Assembly (NCBI GenBank): GCA_964016885.1
Contig: OZ024742.1
Coordinates: 214,768,001-214,832,000 of the forward strand
Reading direction: 5' to 3'
Length of the DNA stretch: 64,000 nt
Origin: Eledone cirrhosa
Taxonomy: Eukaryota
Of the stretch, positions 53,070-64,000 are shown in pieces. The notes under the pieces were generated by a model. That model saw only the letters and a program-made list of their open reading frames with translations. It was not told where the DNA came from and did not search any database. The translations under genes were made by a program, and so were the position numbers. Every line of letters begins with the position of its first letter. Position 1 is the stretch's first letter.

Positions 53070-53400
53070 ATACAAGACTCCCGAGACACGCTTTCAACAT
53101 ATGTTGGCGACAGAGAGTCACAAATGGAGAACTCTACCTGGATAGTCCTCCCGTGTAGGATATTGTCGTCTAAGAAGGATACGGTTTGTGGGACATAGAT
53201 ACAGGGGTAAAACGAGTACGTCAGCCGTGTTCTGTTATGGAAGCCTGTGCACGGTCATAGAAGTAGATGTCGTCCTACCAGTAAGTATCTGGATAAGCTA
53301 TATGCTGCCACAGGAAGAAATTTAACGGATCTTGAAGTGTTAATGTTAGATCGAGACAAATGGAACGAGTACTGTTCACTGGATCAAGGAAAAGTCGACT
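53070..53400 (+). mobile_element. Decayed RTE-group 3' fragment related to 13075-13330
   Basis: LRRIRFVGH...VLLWKPVHGHRSRCRP..KYLDKL...MLDRDKW. Confidence 0.7.
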
Positions 53401-54369
53401 CCTTGAAGAAGAAATCATTTAATGGGTGAAATAATTGAGAATTTAATTTCCACTATCTTTGTACAATTTTGAAATTTTCCGAATATAGTTAACGTAACGC
53501 GCATTCAGCTAGACGCATATCACATTATAAGGCTGTTCATCAAATCCACGGTGATGTTACCAAATAAATACAGATCTTTCCAATTATTGAACCTATCAAA
53601 TTTACAAAATAACCACGTCTCTTTGAATCTTGTATTGATGTTAGATATTTGTCCACTTTTGTTTCATGTTTATGCCTGCATCGCTTAATCTGTAGACATA
53701 AGCATGCTTTTTATAATGCTAAGCTGATTAAACAGACTGATATATAAGTCTTCTATAAAATAACCGGCCAATTATTCAAATATTTAGTGAATTTCAAGTG
53801 AGACATGTCCAAGGTAAATTAATCTAAAAATAATATATTTACGAAAGAAAAACTTATATCTTTCCTTCGAGTTAAATGTCTTCTGATGAAATAGTGTTGC
53901 ATTTTAAGAACGCCCTGTATGTTTAAGACCCGAATTGAGGTATTAACATTTTACAGAGGCGCCATAAGAGGAGAAACTTTCTGCTATAAAATATATGCTC
54001 ATTGAATTACTATCGTATATCCTTTATGAAATGTGTAATAGTTAGTCCAGCAGGAAAGGATCAATACCCCTGTAAACAAACATATTATGGCGGTGCTTTA
54101 TCAGCGCCTGGACATAGAAACGAGCTTGTAAATTATGCAGTAATTTTGTTCGTGGAATGCATATTAAAACTATCTCTTTGCTGCCAAGCTCTATTTCAGT
54201 TGGAACAAAGGAAATCATTGATATTAAAATCTCTTTTTTATTATTCAGCCAGAGAATATCTAATGCATTTTTCTTGGATTTTCAGTTGGTAGATTAATAT
54301 CTGGTTGCTATATCAAGTAAGCATGGTTATTAAGTGAACCTCGAAATAGCATACGGCCACGCTCTACGG

Positions 54370-55272
54370 GATATATAATAGAATGTTGTCGACGAATATA
54401 TTATTGATGGACAGCTTCTTATTCCCTTGAAGTGCCTGTACAAATGTCATAGTATTTGTTTTCGGATAAATGGTGCGAAGTCGAAACCATTCATTATTCT
54501 TGTTGAATCACGCCAATGGTGTGTATTGTCATCTTCCTTTTTCATCATTTTCATGAACATAATTGACAGTCAGAGTGAAGTTGCAGATATACTAGGTTTG
54601 TTGCCATAATGGTTTCTGATTTAGGTACAAGGCCAGCAATTTTAGAGGAGGTGGAAAGTCGATTAAATCAAATACAGTGCATGACTGTTACTTTATTTTA
54701 TCAACCCCCGTAAGGATGAAAGGCAAAGCTAAACTCGATGTGATTTGAACTCAGAACGTAAAAGGCTGTAACTCTATGCCGATAAGCATGTTGACCAATG
54801 CTCTACCGATTCTGCTTGTCCACTTCCCTAATGCCCCAGCTTCAATTTTCAGCCATCAGAAGCGAGGTTGATGTAAAATTCAAAAACGCTGTTTAGAATT
54901 CATTGTTCATGCGTGTCATTGCCTATTGTCATGACCGAAAGAGTACGATACGATCCTGAATGGAGATCCTGCGAAGGGTCATTGGAATAGCGTTACTCGA
55001 TAGGGTGCGTAGATCGAATATCAGAGATTCACTCCAGGCAAAGCGGCTACTTCTCTGAATTGAGTGATCACAGCTCCGATACCGCGGGGATATGGCGAGA
55101 ATATCTCAGGAATGAACCACTGTACAGGTTTTACAGGCAAAACAAACCGGCAGGAAACTCAGGGATAGATTCTGAGCAAGATGTTTGGATAACATCCATG
55201 AGATTGGCTGGTCTTGCTTGGGGATCGAGTCGGACCAGAGGGTTCCTTCTGACATGAACCGCTGGGGGCTCT
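54370..55272 (+). mobile_element. Decayed RTE LINE fragment, same type as 32385-34690, interrupted by a SINE
   Basis: CFRINGAKSKPF...RQWCVLSS.FFIIFMN.IDS; later MTERVR...EILRRV.G..LLDRVR.S.IRDSL...SQLR; followed by (GAA)n. Confidence 0.75.
54608..54829 (-). mobile_element. tRNA-derived SINE, long subfamily
   Basis: Reverse complement of the consensus, including the extra GAGGTGGAAAGTCGATTAA segment. Confidence 0.85.
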
Positions 55273-55377
55273 GAAGAAGAAGAAGAAGAAGAAGAAGAAG
55301 AAGAAGAAGAAGAAGAAGAAGAAGAAGAAGAAGAAGAAGAAGAAGAAGAAGAAGAAGAAGAAGAAGAAGAAGAAGAA
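55273..55377. repeat. Pure (GAA)n tract
   Basis: Read directly. Confidence 0.95.
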
Positions 55378-55837
55378 TATAAAATGGAGCACGCCAAAAA
55401 GTCATTTCTGTAATTGCATTACACTTATCATAAAACGGTAAGCAATATGAGAATGCTTTATTCTATTCAACCTAATATAGAGAATAATTTATATATTGTA
55501 TTGGATGTTTATGTAATACTGCCTGAAAAAAAAGCCTATTTTAAATAACTCAGCAATGTATCGTATTTGCACATATATGTCAATATATAAAATCTTTATA
55601 TGTTCGGAATTTCTGTTTCACTAACTATAATACTTTTAGTTAGTTTTGCAAAAATATCTATTAGCCATGACAAATGCAATACGTTAAACATTGCTATAAG
55701 AATGTCATATTAGTTAAGAAGACAAAGCTGTTGGACATACTGTTGCGCATATGTTATTTAATGCTTGGTGTTTCTTATGTCATAATGGGGGAAAATAAGC
55801 GTATTTTGTAATTGTTTACTTCGTTAAAATACACACA

Positions 55838-55890
<53 letters not shown>

Positions 55891-57039
55891 ACACACACAA
55901 ACGCACACACACGCACACACATACACACACAAAGCAGTGTTTTATGTAGGCGGTACAATATATTGAATCATCTTCTGTACTGGTTCACAATCTTGACCAA
56001 ATAATTATAAAATGCCTGGTATATATTTAATAGAACGTTGTGTAATGAAAGGGATATTTATCTCATTTAGAATTTATATTCACATCATAGACATGAATCT
56101 AATGAGGCTAAGATATTAGATCAGTGGTCTAATGCTTATGTTCAACGATTAGTGACACAATTGTTATAGTTATCGTATTACACATAACATATTATAATGG
56201 TTAATAGAAACTAAAATTACAAAGCTCTTACACAGCTGAGCAAGATACAGAAATGTATATATAGTAATTGATGTACAAATAAAATCATATAAAAGCCCAT
56301 GCGTTGAAATATATATTTGGCTTATTGATTAATCCCTTAAAATACAACTTATGATAAACCTGTAAATGCTTTATAAATTATAATGGCTTTAAAGTCAGTG
56401 AATACAGGCTAGATGTTTATTTGTAAATTAAATTATTCAATACATAGAATTGATGTATTTTTCTCAAGAAAAGAAATACGAATTCGTTGAGATTGCTTAA
56501 CTTTGTGCTATGAATTTATTTGTTAGCATCTCAATAGCCAGCAAGGCGAACTCAAGCATTTTAAGAGACTATGTTATAATCGTATTTTGTTCTCTAAAAT
56601 GTTTTCTTGCTTATATTGAAAAAGAAAGTCATATAAAAGGTAGATTAAGGGCGCCTCATACTGATTTTAACTCGGTAAATGAAGCGAAGCGTAAAGAAAG
56701 TTGTCCGAAATTATTCAAGGCTAACATAGATTGACTTCATCCGACGTGATGAAAATTCAATGTCGTAATTATAGATGCAAATGTTTCAGCAGATTTCTTA
56801 ACCAATTTAGGCGTCCGTGTCTTTTAATCTGATCTGTGGTGAGACTACACGGGCGACGTGTTTAGGAGACTTGGAAATATAAATGGAAGTGTGTGCGTAT
56901 TATTTTTCATCACTTTAAATTTTAACATTTCTTCCGATTGTCTTTGAAGAGATAAACTGATTATTTAAAGTAGTAGGCAAATTGAGTGTATAGAAAAATA
57001 CCTAGCAAATTTTGAATCTTTACTGTCTGAGTTCTCATC

Positions 57040-57832
57040 CAGTGGAAGGGATCTTTGCCGTTCTACCTTCCGAATAAGATTGGTCTACAAACAGTTTGAA
57101 ACCAGGCACTCCCTCCTCAGCCACTGACAAAGAAGCAGCCGAGTCACTTCTCGACTTTATGAATGAGTTTTTTCTTGTCCAAACTTGTCCTTGCACTAAC
57201 AAGTTAGCTGAAGAATATTTTGGACCTACACTAACACTATACATAATATTACAGTGGAAAAATATCCTTCTTTCAGACCATGACATTGTTCTTTGAAACC
57301 TGAGATTGCACCAGCTGAAAGCTAATCCTAGGGAACTCTCTCCAGCCCACCCATTTGATAACATGGATCTCTATAATGCCAACTGGGATGCAATCATGAA
57401 CGAGCTATCACATGCTGACTGCTCTTTTACACACGCACTCATTTCAACCAACATCAAAACATCTTGGCAGATCTTTGATGACACTGTCACAAATATATGT
57501 GCAAAACACACCCCACCAAAACCTGTGAACAAAACTAAGTTCAGTATCCCTCAAAACAGAAAACCTATTATAAAAAATAAAAAGATCAAACAAACAAAAT
57601 TACACACTAAAATACTGCCAACAGTAACACACACATTCGACGGCTATCGCACCGCTTGAATCAAATAAATATAACCTCCAACAATGCATGAAGACCATCA
57701 TCAATAACAGGTGAGGAGAAATGGGCCATTGAGAAAATCTAACTCAACCCCAAAGTGTTGTTTTCATTTGCAATAAAACACAATATCTCTGACTTCACTG
57801 TTGGCCCTCTAATTGATGAAAATGGCACAATT
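57040..57832 (+). mobile_element. Decayed CR1/Jockey-group LINE fragment (end of APE plus linker)
   Basis: AESLLDFMNEFFLVQ; LSDHDIV; LYNANWDAIMNEL; IEKI.LNPKVLFSFA...VGPLIDENG. Confidence 0.7.
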
Positions 57833-57861
57833 ATACACACACACATATATATATATATATA

Positions 57862-57928
<67 letters not shown>

Positions 57929-58223
57929 GTGTGTACATAAGCGAAATCCTATTTCTATTCTATTATAAGTTGAGCCAACTTATTTCGCTTCATATGCAAA
58001 TGAGATTAATCACCTCATTTACACAGACAAGAAAACAATATATTTTCGACTGTTTTCAGTTGCAAGCGGTGGGAGGGACCGTCCTGAAGAAGGCCAGTCA
58101 AGCTTGACATGCAGAGTCGGTTGTCTCCCTTGCTTCTGCTGGACACCAGCAGAGGGATTTAGCCCCGGTGTTTGTATAGCTACGGCTTCCTAAAACCGTG
58201 TTACTTTAGAAATACTAAATGTC

Positions 58224-58310
<87 letters not shown>

Positions 58311-58314
<4 letters not shown>

Positions 58315-58922
58315 AAAATTTCGCTCTACATGACTGAATACAATAAATGTAATCTGAGTTTTTCGTATATTAATAATAACATTCGATTCGTTTACAATTA
58401 TGCAAACAAGCCTCTATTTCATAGCCATGTCAGTAGAATGAACACTTCATTCTTGCTCTTGTGCTGGCATGCGAACAGAACTGCAGACACTAATGTTTCT
58501 GGGTATCACCTTTCATCGGTACAGCTCACTCTTCACCTACCAAACTGTCAGAGCTAGTGAAAATATATGCTATTTTCAAAAATACACAGTGACTGATCGG
58601 CCTGATTTACATGTCAAAAGACTGACTGGCTGATCAGTCAGATCTGCATATTAGCAGATCCACTTATCAGCCAGATTTACATATCAGCAGACTGACCAGT
58701 CAGTTTCCTGTATACCAGCTATAAATGGTCGGCTTTGCCAAATTCAAATAAAAAAGAAAATTTCGCTCAACATGGCTGAATAAAATAAATGTAGAGCGAA
58801 ATTTTCTCTTTTATTTGAATTTAGCAAAGCCGGCAGTTTATCGCTCGTATACAGGAAACTGACTGGCCAGTCTGCTGATATGCTAATCTGGCTGATCAGC
58901 GGATCGGCTAATATGCAGACTG
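58311..58922 (-). mobile_element. Small ORF-less HHR element, ~442-bp unit, ~40-bp terminal direct repeat, ~130-bp fold-back
   Basis: AAAGAAAATTTCGCTC.ACATG.CTGAATA.AATAAATGTA at 58311 and 58753; 58641-58772 inverted at 58790-58922; abuts (TA)n. Confidence 0.75.
58481..58524 (-). ncRNA. Type I hammerhead ribozyme, C4 core variant
   Basis: CTGTA|CCGATGA|aaGGT gat ACCca|GAAA CA ttag TG TC|TGCAG. Confidence 0.65.
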
Positions 58923-59330
58923 GACATTTTTAGAGAAAAAACAGGTCTATTCATCTCGCCATCACTTGGAAAACGATTGTTGGTCGCGTTTTATGTTGGA
59001 CGATAACAATTTTTATGGTGTCAATAGAACGCGTCTAGCTGAAAAAAACGTTTTGCATATAGAGCTGTCCGTGTGCGCGTGTGTGTATGTGTGTGCGCGT
59101 ATGTGTGTGTGTGCGTGTGCGTGTGTGTGTGCGTGTGTGTATGAGTTAGTTGTTGATCCATACAGAAGTGTGAGGTAAATATATATATATATTTACCTTC
59201 ACATTTCTGTATGGACCAACAACTAACGCATACACACACACATATATATATAAAACAACAAAGAAAGTGTGGTAAGAAACCAGGTGAAACATAACGCACG
59301 AGAGTACTTGGTACTTACGGTAGTAGAGTG

Positions 59331-59394
<64 letters not shown>

Positions 59395-59475
59395 GTTGGG
59401 TATAATAGTAGCTATGGTGCTTCCATAGGCGGTATGACAAAATTAGCACTTGATATTCAGCAGAGTAGATTGTAG

Positions 59476-59814
59476 ATATTATAAAGAAAACGAAAAATCA
59501 GTGGTGCATCTGGACTTATTTTATTGCGTGTTACAAATGTTTCGCCGGCAGGTAGCTCGAGACATGGTCTTTGTATGGATCTGGCTGATTCTACTTCTGC
59601 GGGTTCTTTCAGACACGGGTTTTTGTCTGGAGAAAATATTATCACAGACGAAATTTGCTCCAGACGAAAACCCGTGCCTGAAAGAACCCGCAGAAGTAGA
59701 ATCAGCCAGATCCATACAAGGACCATGTCTCGAGCTATCTGCCGGCTAAACATTTGTAACACGCAATAAAATAAGTCCGGATGCACCACTGATTTTTCGT
59801 TTTCTTTATAATAT
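59476..59814. mobile_element. Palindromic head-to-head pair of HHR-bearing termini, ~160-bp arms
   Basis: The arms are near-exact reverse complements. Each carries GTG(T/C)|CTGAAAGA...GCAG...CTGCCGGC|(G/T)AAA CATTTG TA|ACAC (59528-59616 minus, 59674-59762 plus). Confidence 0.75.
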
Positions 59815-59827
59815 ATATTTATATGTA

Positions 59828-59924
<97 letters not shown>

Positions 59925-59976
59925 TTATATATATATAAATTACACAATAATTAAACCTATGTTCAAATCATTTTAT

Positions 59977-60023
59977 TGCTGACAATCGTTTCTTCCAAAC
60001 TTTCGTTTGGTTTCATCGGAGCA
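59977..60023 (-). ncRNA. Type I hammerhead ribozyme, C4 core variant
   Basis: TGCT|CCGATGA|aaCCAAAC gaaa GTTTGGaa|GAAA C gatt G TC|AGCA; about 40 nt from the (TA)n tract at 59811-59936. Confidence 0.75.
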
Positions 60024-60939
60024 CTGCCAATGTTTTTACATATAATTAACCTCTTATTCAACTGAACAATCATATAGATACATGGATATTAATGTTGCCA
60101 ACAAGAGTTTCGTATTTACAGAGTGGAATGGATGTGATATAGATTACAAGAGAATAATTCAAATTCAATAATACAATAATTCAAATTCAAAATTCAAACT
60201 TAAAAAGACACAGAGTGGAATGCATGCGACAGAGATTACAAGGGAATAGTATAATAATTAAAGAGGTATTAAGGTATAAAGTTACTCGTAAAACGAGGAC
60301 ACTAGCAGTACATATGCAAGCGTATAGAGAGTGCAAATACGTTAGGCATATACAGGAAGGAAACACGCAATGTACTAGGCATATAAGATTACTGCATGGC
60401 AAAAGTATCACATAAAATGACATAGGTTTACAAGCATATCACGTAGGCAAAGATGTTTGTGTATTAAAATTATGAGTTTATGGTGGATGTAGTGTGATGA
60501 TTGTTTCTGTAATGTTCAAATGTGTATGTGTTAAGAGTATCAATGTTATTGCTATCTTTTCCATTACATTGGTTATATTTTATTTTAGTGAAAGTGTTTA
60601 ATTAGTTACAGGTATGGATTGTATAATGGTTCTATTATATTGTTATCCAGGGTTCGAATTGTTGTGGAGTGATTCTTCTAAAGGTTTAATTTCCGGAAAT
60701 GAGATTGAGATCTATATTAAGGGGAGCTAATGCGAAAGGGGAGATAAATAGCGATCAAATTGTATATGGTAGAAGAAAGTAGAAAAAATGGAAAAAATGT
60801 ATAGTTGTTTACAGCTCCAATTAGTTAAATTCTTTGTGCTAATATACATTATATTGTGTTACAAGTGAATCCATTTTATATAATGCTATTTGTTTATATT
60901 TATTTTCCTATAATACATTAAAGGTCTCATTATATTGTT

Positions 60940-61123
60940 TGGATCGGCAGTATTGGTAGAGGGTCGGACGCCATGCTTTGATGTATATAGTTATGGCCCT
61001 TTCCATTCTGAGTTCAAATCGCGCCAAGGTTAACTTTGCCTTTCATCCTTACGAGGTCAATAAAATAAAGTACCAGAAATGCACTGGGTAATTGCTGGCC
61101 TTGTGCCAAATGTAGAATCAATT
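60940..61123 (+). mobile_element. tRNA-derived SINE with ATTATATTGTT target-site duplication
   Basis: Family match; the 11-mer appears on both flanks. Confidence 0.9.
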
Positions 61124-63102
61124 ATATTGTTATCTATCCATTACTGAATAAAGTATAAATAAGCTATAGAAAAAATGTATATTTACAGGTCCAATTAGTT
61201 AAATCTCTTGTGTGATTAATATACATTATATTATGTTATAAGTGAATCCCTTATATATAATGCTATTAATTTATATATTTAATTATAAATATAATTTATT
61301 TTCCTATAACACATTAAGTGTCTCATCATATTATTATCTATCAATTACTGAATATAATATAAGCAAGCTATAGTGGTTATATTAAATGGTGTTAACTTTA
61401 TGGTTATTCCTAATAATTATTGTAGAGCATAAGGTTTGAGATAAATAGGTGTTAGGTAGCGGGATGAGCTGATCATAGTGTGTGTTGCTGTGGGGGTAAT
61501 TATATGCTGATAAGACCGAGAGGTGAAGTGTTCATGGTGGTGAGGAATTCAGATCTTATGTTCATGAGTGAACAACTAATTAGTAATTGGTGTTGAGTAA
61601 ATTAAAAGTGTATTGCATATCACTTCAATCAAAATAACCTAAAAACAACGCTTTCAAGTGATGTATAGGCTAACGTTTCTTGCTGAAGTTTCAAAATTAT
61701 GGGATTTTTGTAAAAAAAACATCGTGACTGTCTCCGATCATTCACCAGTAACTAATTTTCTAATGTATGTCGATCTATTTCATTATTTCTGATGGTTTTG
61801 CTAAAGTCACCTAAAGCAAATAAAACGTTTCTCTTTACAAAGGGGAACGAGGTTCTAGGAGGTAATATAATATAGAAAGGTGATATCCATGCATAAACAC
61901 ACACACAAAATATATAAGCACGTGTACGTTTGAGTGTGTGCGCGCGTGTGTGTGTGTATGTGTGAGTGTGTATAAGTCTGTGTATGCGTCTGTGAGTAAG
62001 TGTGTGCATATGTGTGTATGTGTGTGAGTGTGTGTGAGTGTGTGAGTGTGTGTTTGCGCTTATGTTTAATATATATAGAGAGAAAGTGTGAAATAGACAG
62101 ACAGAAATAAACAGATAGAAAGATTGAGAAAAAATCTGAACGTAGGATAAAGTGACGAGGATGAACAAAATGTAAGGAGAAGAGGAAAAGAAGTTATTCT
62201 TACAGGGATTTGACTCTAACAATACAGCAATACATACATTTATTTTGATTCGAAAAATCAGAAAATTCTGAAGATTAGATATTGATATATCTTGAAGATC
62301 CAACCATGAATACAAGGAAATAATCCACTCAGTGTCCTTATGCGTCTGTTTATTATTAACAAATCTTGTTTTTTTCTTCTTGCAAATAACATTTACCGAC
62401 GAAACAAGATGATTTCTAAAGAGCCTTTTATAATCCTTTTTATGATTAAAAAAATATATATATATTTTTCTAAATAACTTTGAAATTTGCCTAGATGTAT
62501 TTTTAATAACCCCTCTTCTAATGGTAACGTTCACTTCAATCGTAATTTCAATATCGTATTGATATCATTAGTTACATTGAGTTTGAAAGGGAAATAAAAT
62601 AGAGGAACATTTTATCTGAGATGCTGATTCCCTTTTAGTTACTAAATTTTAATACACTCTTCATTTCTCTATTTTGTTTGGTTTTAAAATGTTCCTATTT
62701 ATTTATTGCTATGTATATATTTATTTATTTCGTTGCAAGTGGATATGTTGTTATTTTCTTGAATAGACATTTTTTGGCTTTAAATGTTTCATTATTTGAA
62801 AAGAGAAGGAAACATCTTAAAGTTTGTCCGATAATATAAATATATAAAAAAATAAAACGTGACATTTACAATACAAAAATATGTGCTAAATCAGAATATC
62901 AAAACAAGTTACTAAATCACACAGTAAACAAGTTTAGAACTTTTACACGACAATCTATTAAAATTTAAACTTCCAGAAAAGTTATTTACGTTTCAAAAAC
63001 ATTTTCCGCATAAATATTCAGTTGATCAAAAATAAAATAAATGTGAGAGAGAGAGTGAGAGAGAAAGGGTGAGATAGATAGATAGTTAGATAGATAGATA
63101 AC

Positions 63103-64000
63103 TTTCTATTTATTTGCCACCAGGGCATCAAAGATTGGGACAAATACAAGGGAGGGGGGGGGTTACATACATTTCAAAGGACGTGTAACAACATATAACA
63201 AATAAAATTCAACAATCGAAGTCCTCAATAGGGAGGCGGCGTTGACGTGTGTCGCACACACCCCCGAAAAATATGTGCAACCCTCCTCCTCAGGAGCACA
63301 AAGAGCGGGTGCCCCCTTCCTCTCCTCTTTATTCTCCTCTCTCACCCACAGGCTGATATAGAGAGAAGGCCCATTCACTCGGGCCATTCTCACCACTTTC
63401 ACAAACCTTTCATAAAACTTGCTGGGGTAGAGCACCTCTCTCTCCATTCTGATCCTTCTTCTAAAATGGTACTTGAAAAAAAGGACCAGTTGTTGGCCGG
63501 AGAGAAAAGTGTCCAACCTCGACCACCAAACAACCTCTTTCGCCATAGCTATCACACAGAGGAAAACCGCCACTCCTTCGTTTTTGAAGGGGGGAGGCGG
63601 TTTGATTGTGACAATGTACTCGGTGGTCAACCTGATAGGTCTCACCAGCGACAGTAGCCGTTCCACATAGCCCCACAGGTCAGCAACGCCCGGGCAGTGT
63701 ACGAATGCGTGCGCGACGGTTTCCTCGTCACGCACGCATCTCGGACAGATCTTCTTCGATGGGTCACTAACCGGGCGCCCGTGTCTGTAGAGCTTGTCCC
63801 AAACGGGTAGAGCTCCTCGGTAGCACTGCCAAGCCAGGGACTTTTGGAAGTTGTCCATCGGTGGCGGGCTAATCGTGCTACCGAACAAACTGGCTAGCTC
63901 GTCTTCCTCTATGCCCAGAGACTCTCCGAGAGCGTTGTCGCAGTGGCTGCGCACCAACCCTCTATATGATGTTGAGGTTGAGTCTCCACTGATTGCCGGA
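63103..64000 (-). mobile_element. 3' end of a second Tx1-clade LINE, running off the window
   Basis: MDNFQKSLAWQCYRGALPV...CPRC..DEETVAHAFVHC aligns with the 38688 element; same TTTATTTGCCAC terminus beside (GATA)n. Confidence 0.9.

Noticed and set aside
58084-58200. CTGAAGA plus several small hairpins
   Set aside because: No GAAA/UH arrangement; probably a fragment of an unidentified repeat.
61752-62534. 260-aa minus-strand ORF
   Set aside because: It runs through a (CA)n microsatellite and AT-rich sequence, with only a faint resemblance to a PLE linker.

Overview
AT-rich, microsatellite-dense eukaryotic DNA, intergenic or intronic. The tRNA-derived SINE family and repeat landscape suggest an octopus-like cephalopod (inference). 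No intact host gene is supportable, and most ORF-track entries are translations of microsatellites. The window is a retroelement graveyard: one near full-length decayed Tx1/L1-clade LINE plus two fragments, several RTE fragments, an R4/Dong LINE interrupted by an HSP70 fragment, a CR1-like remnant, tandem Helitrons with a 46-bp minisatellite, about a dozen SINEs, and Penelope-like (GIY-YIG) remnants. The main unexplained signal is about ten type I hammerhead-ribozyme (HHR) motifs, found by eye. Most lie near element 3' ends beside (TA)n tracts. Several are in small ORF-less units with terminal direct repeats and fold-back ends. Recurrent core variants occur (U3-A8 twice, C4 twice), and one perfect palindrome is centred on a predicted cleavage site. 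All folds and alignments are manual and need computational confirmation.
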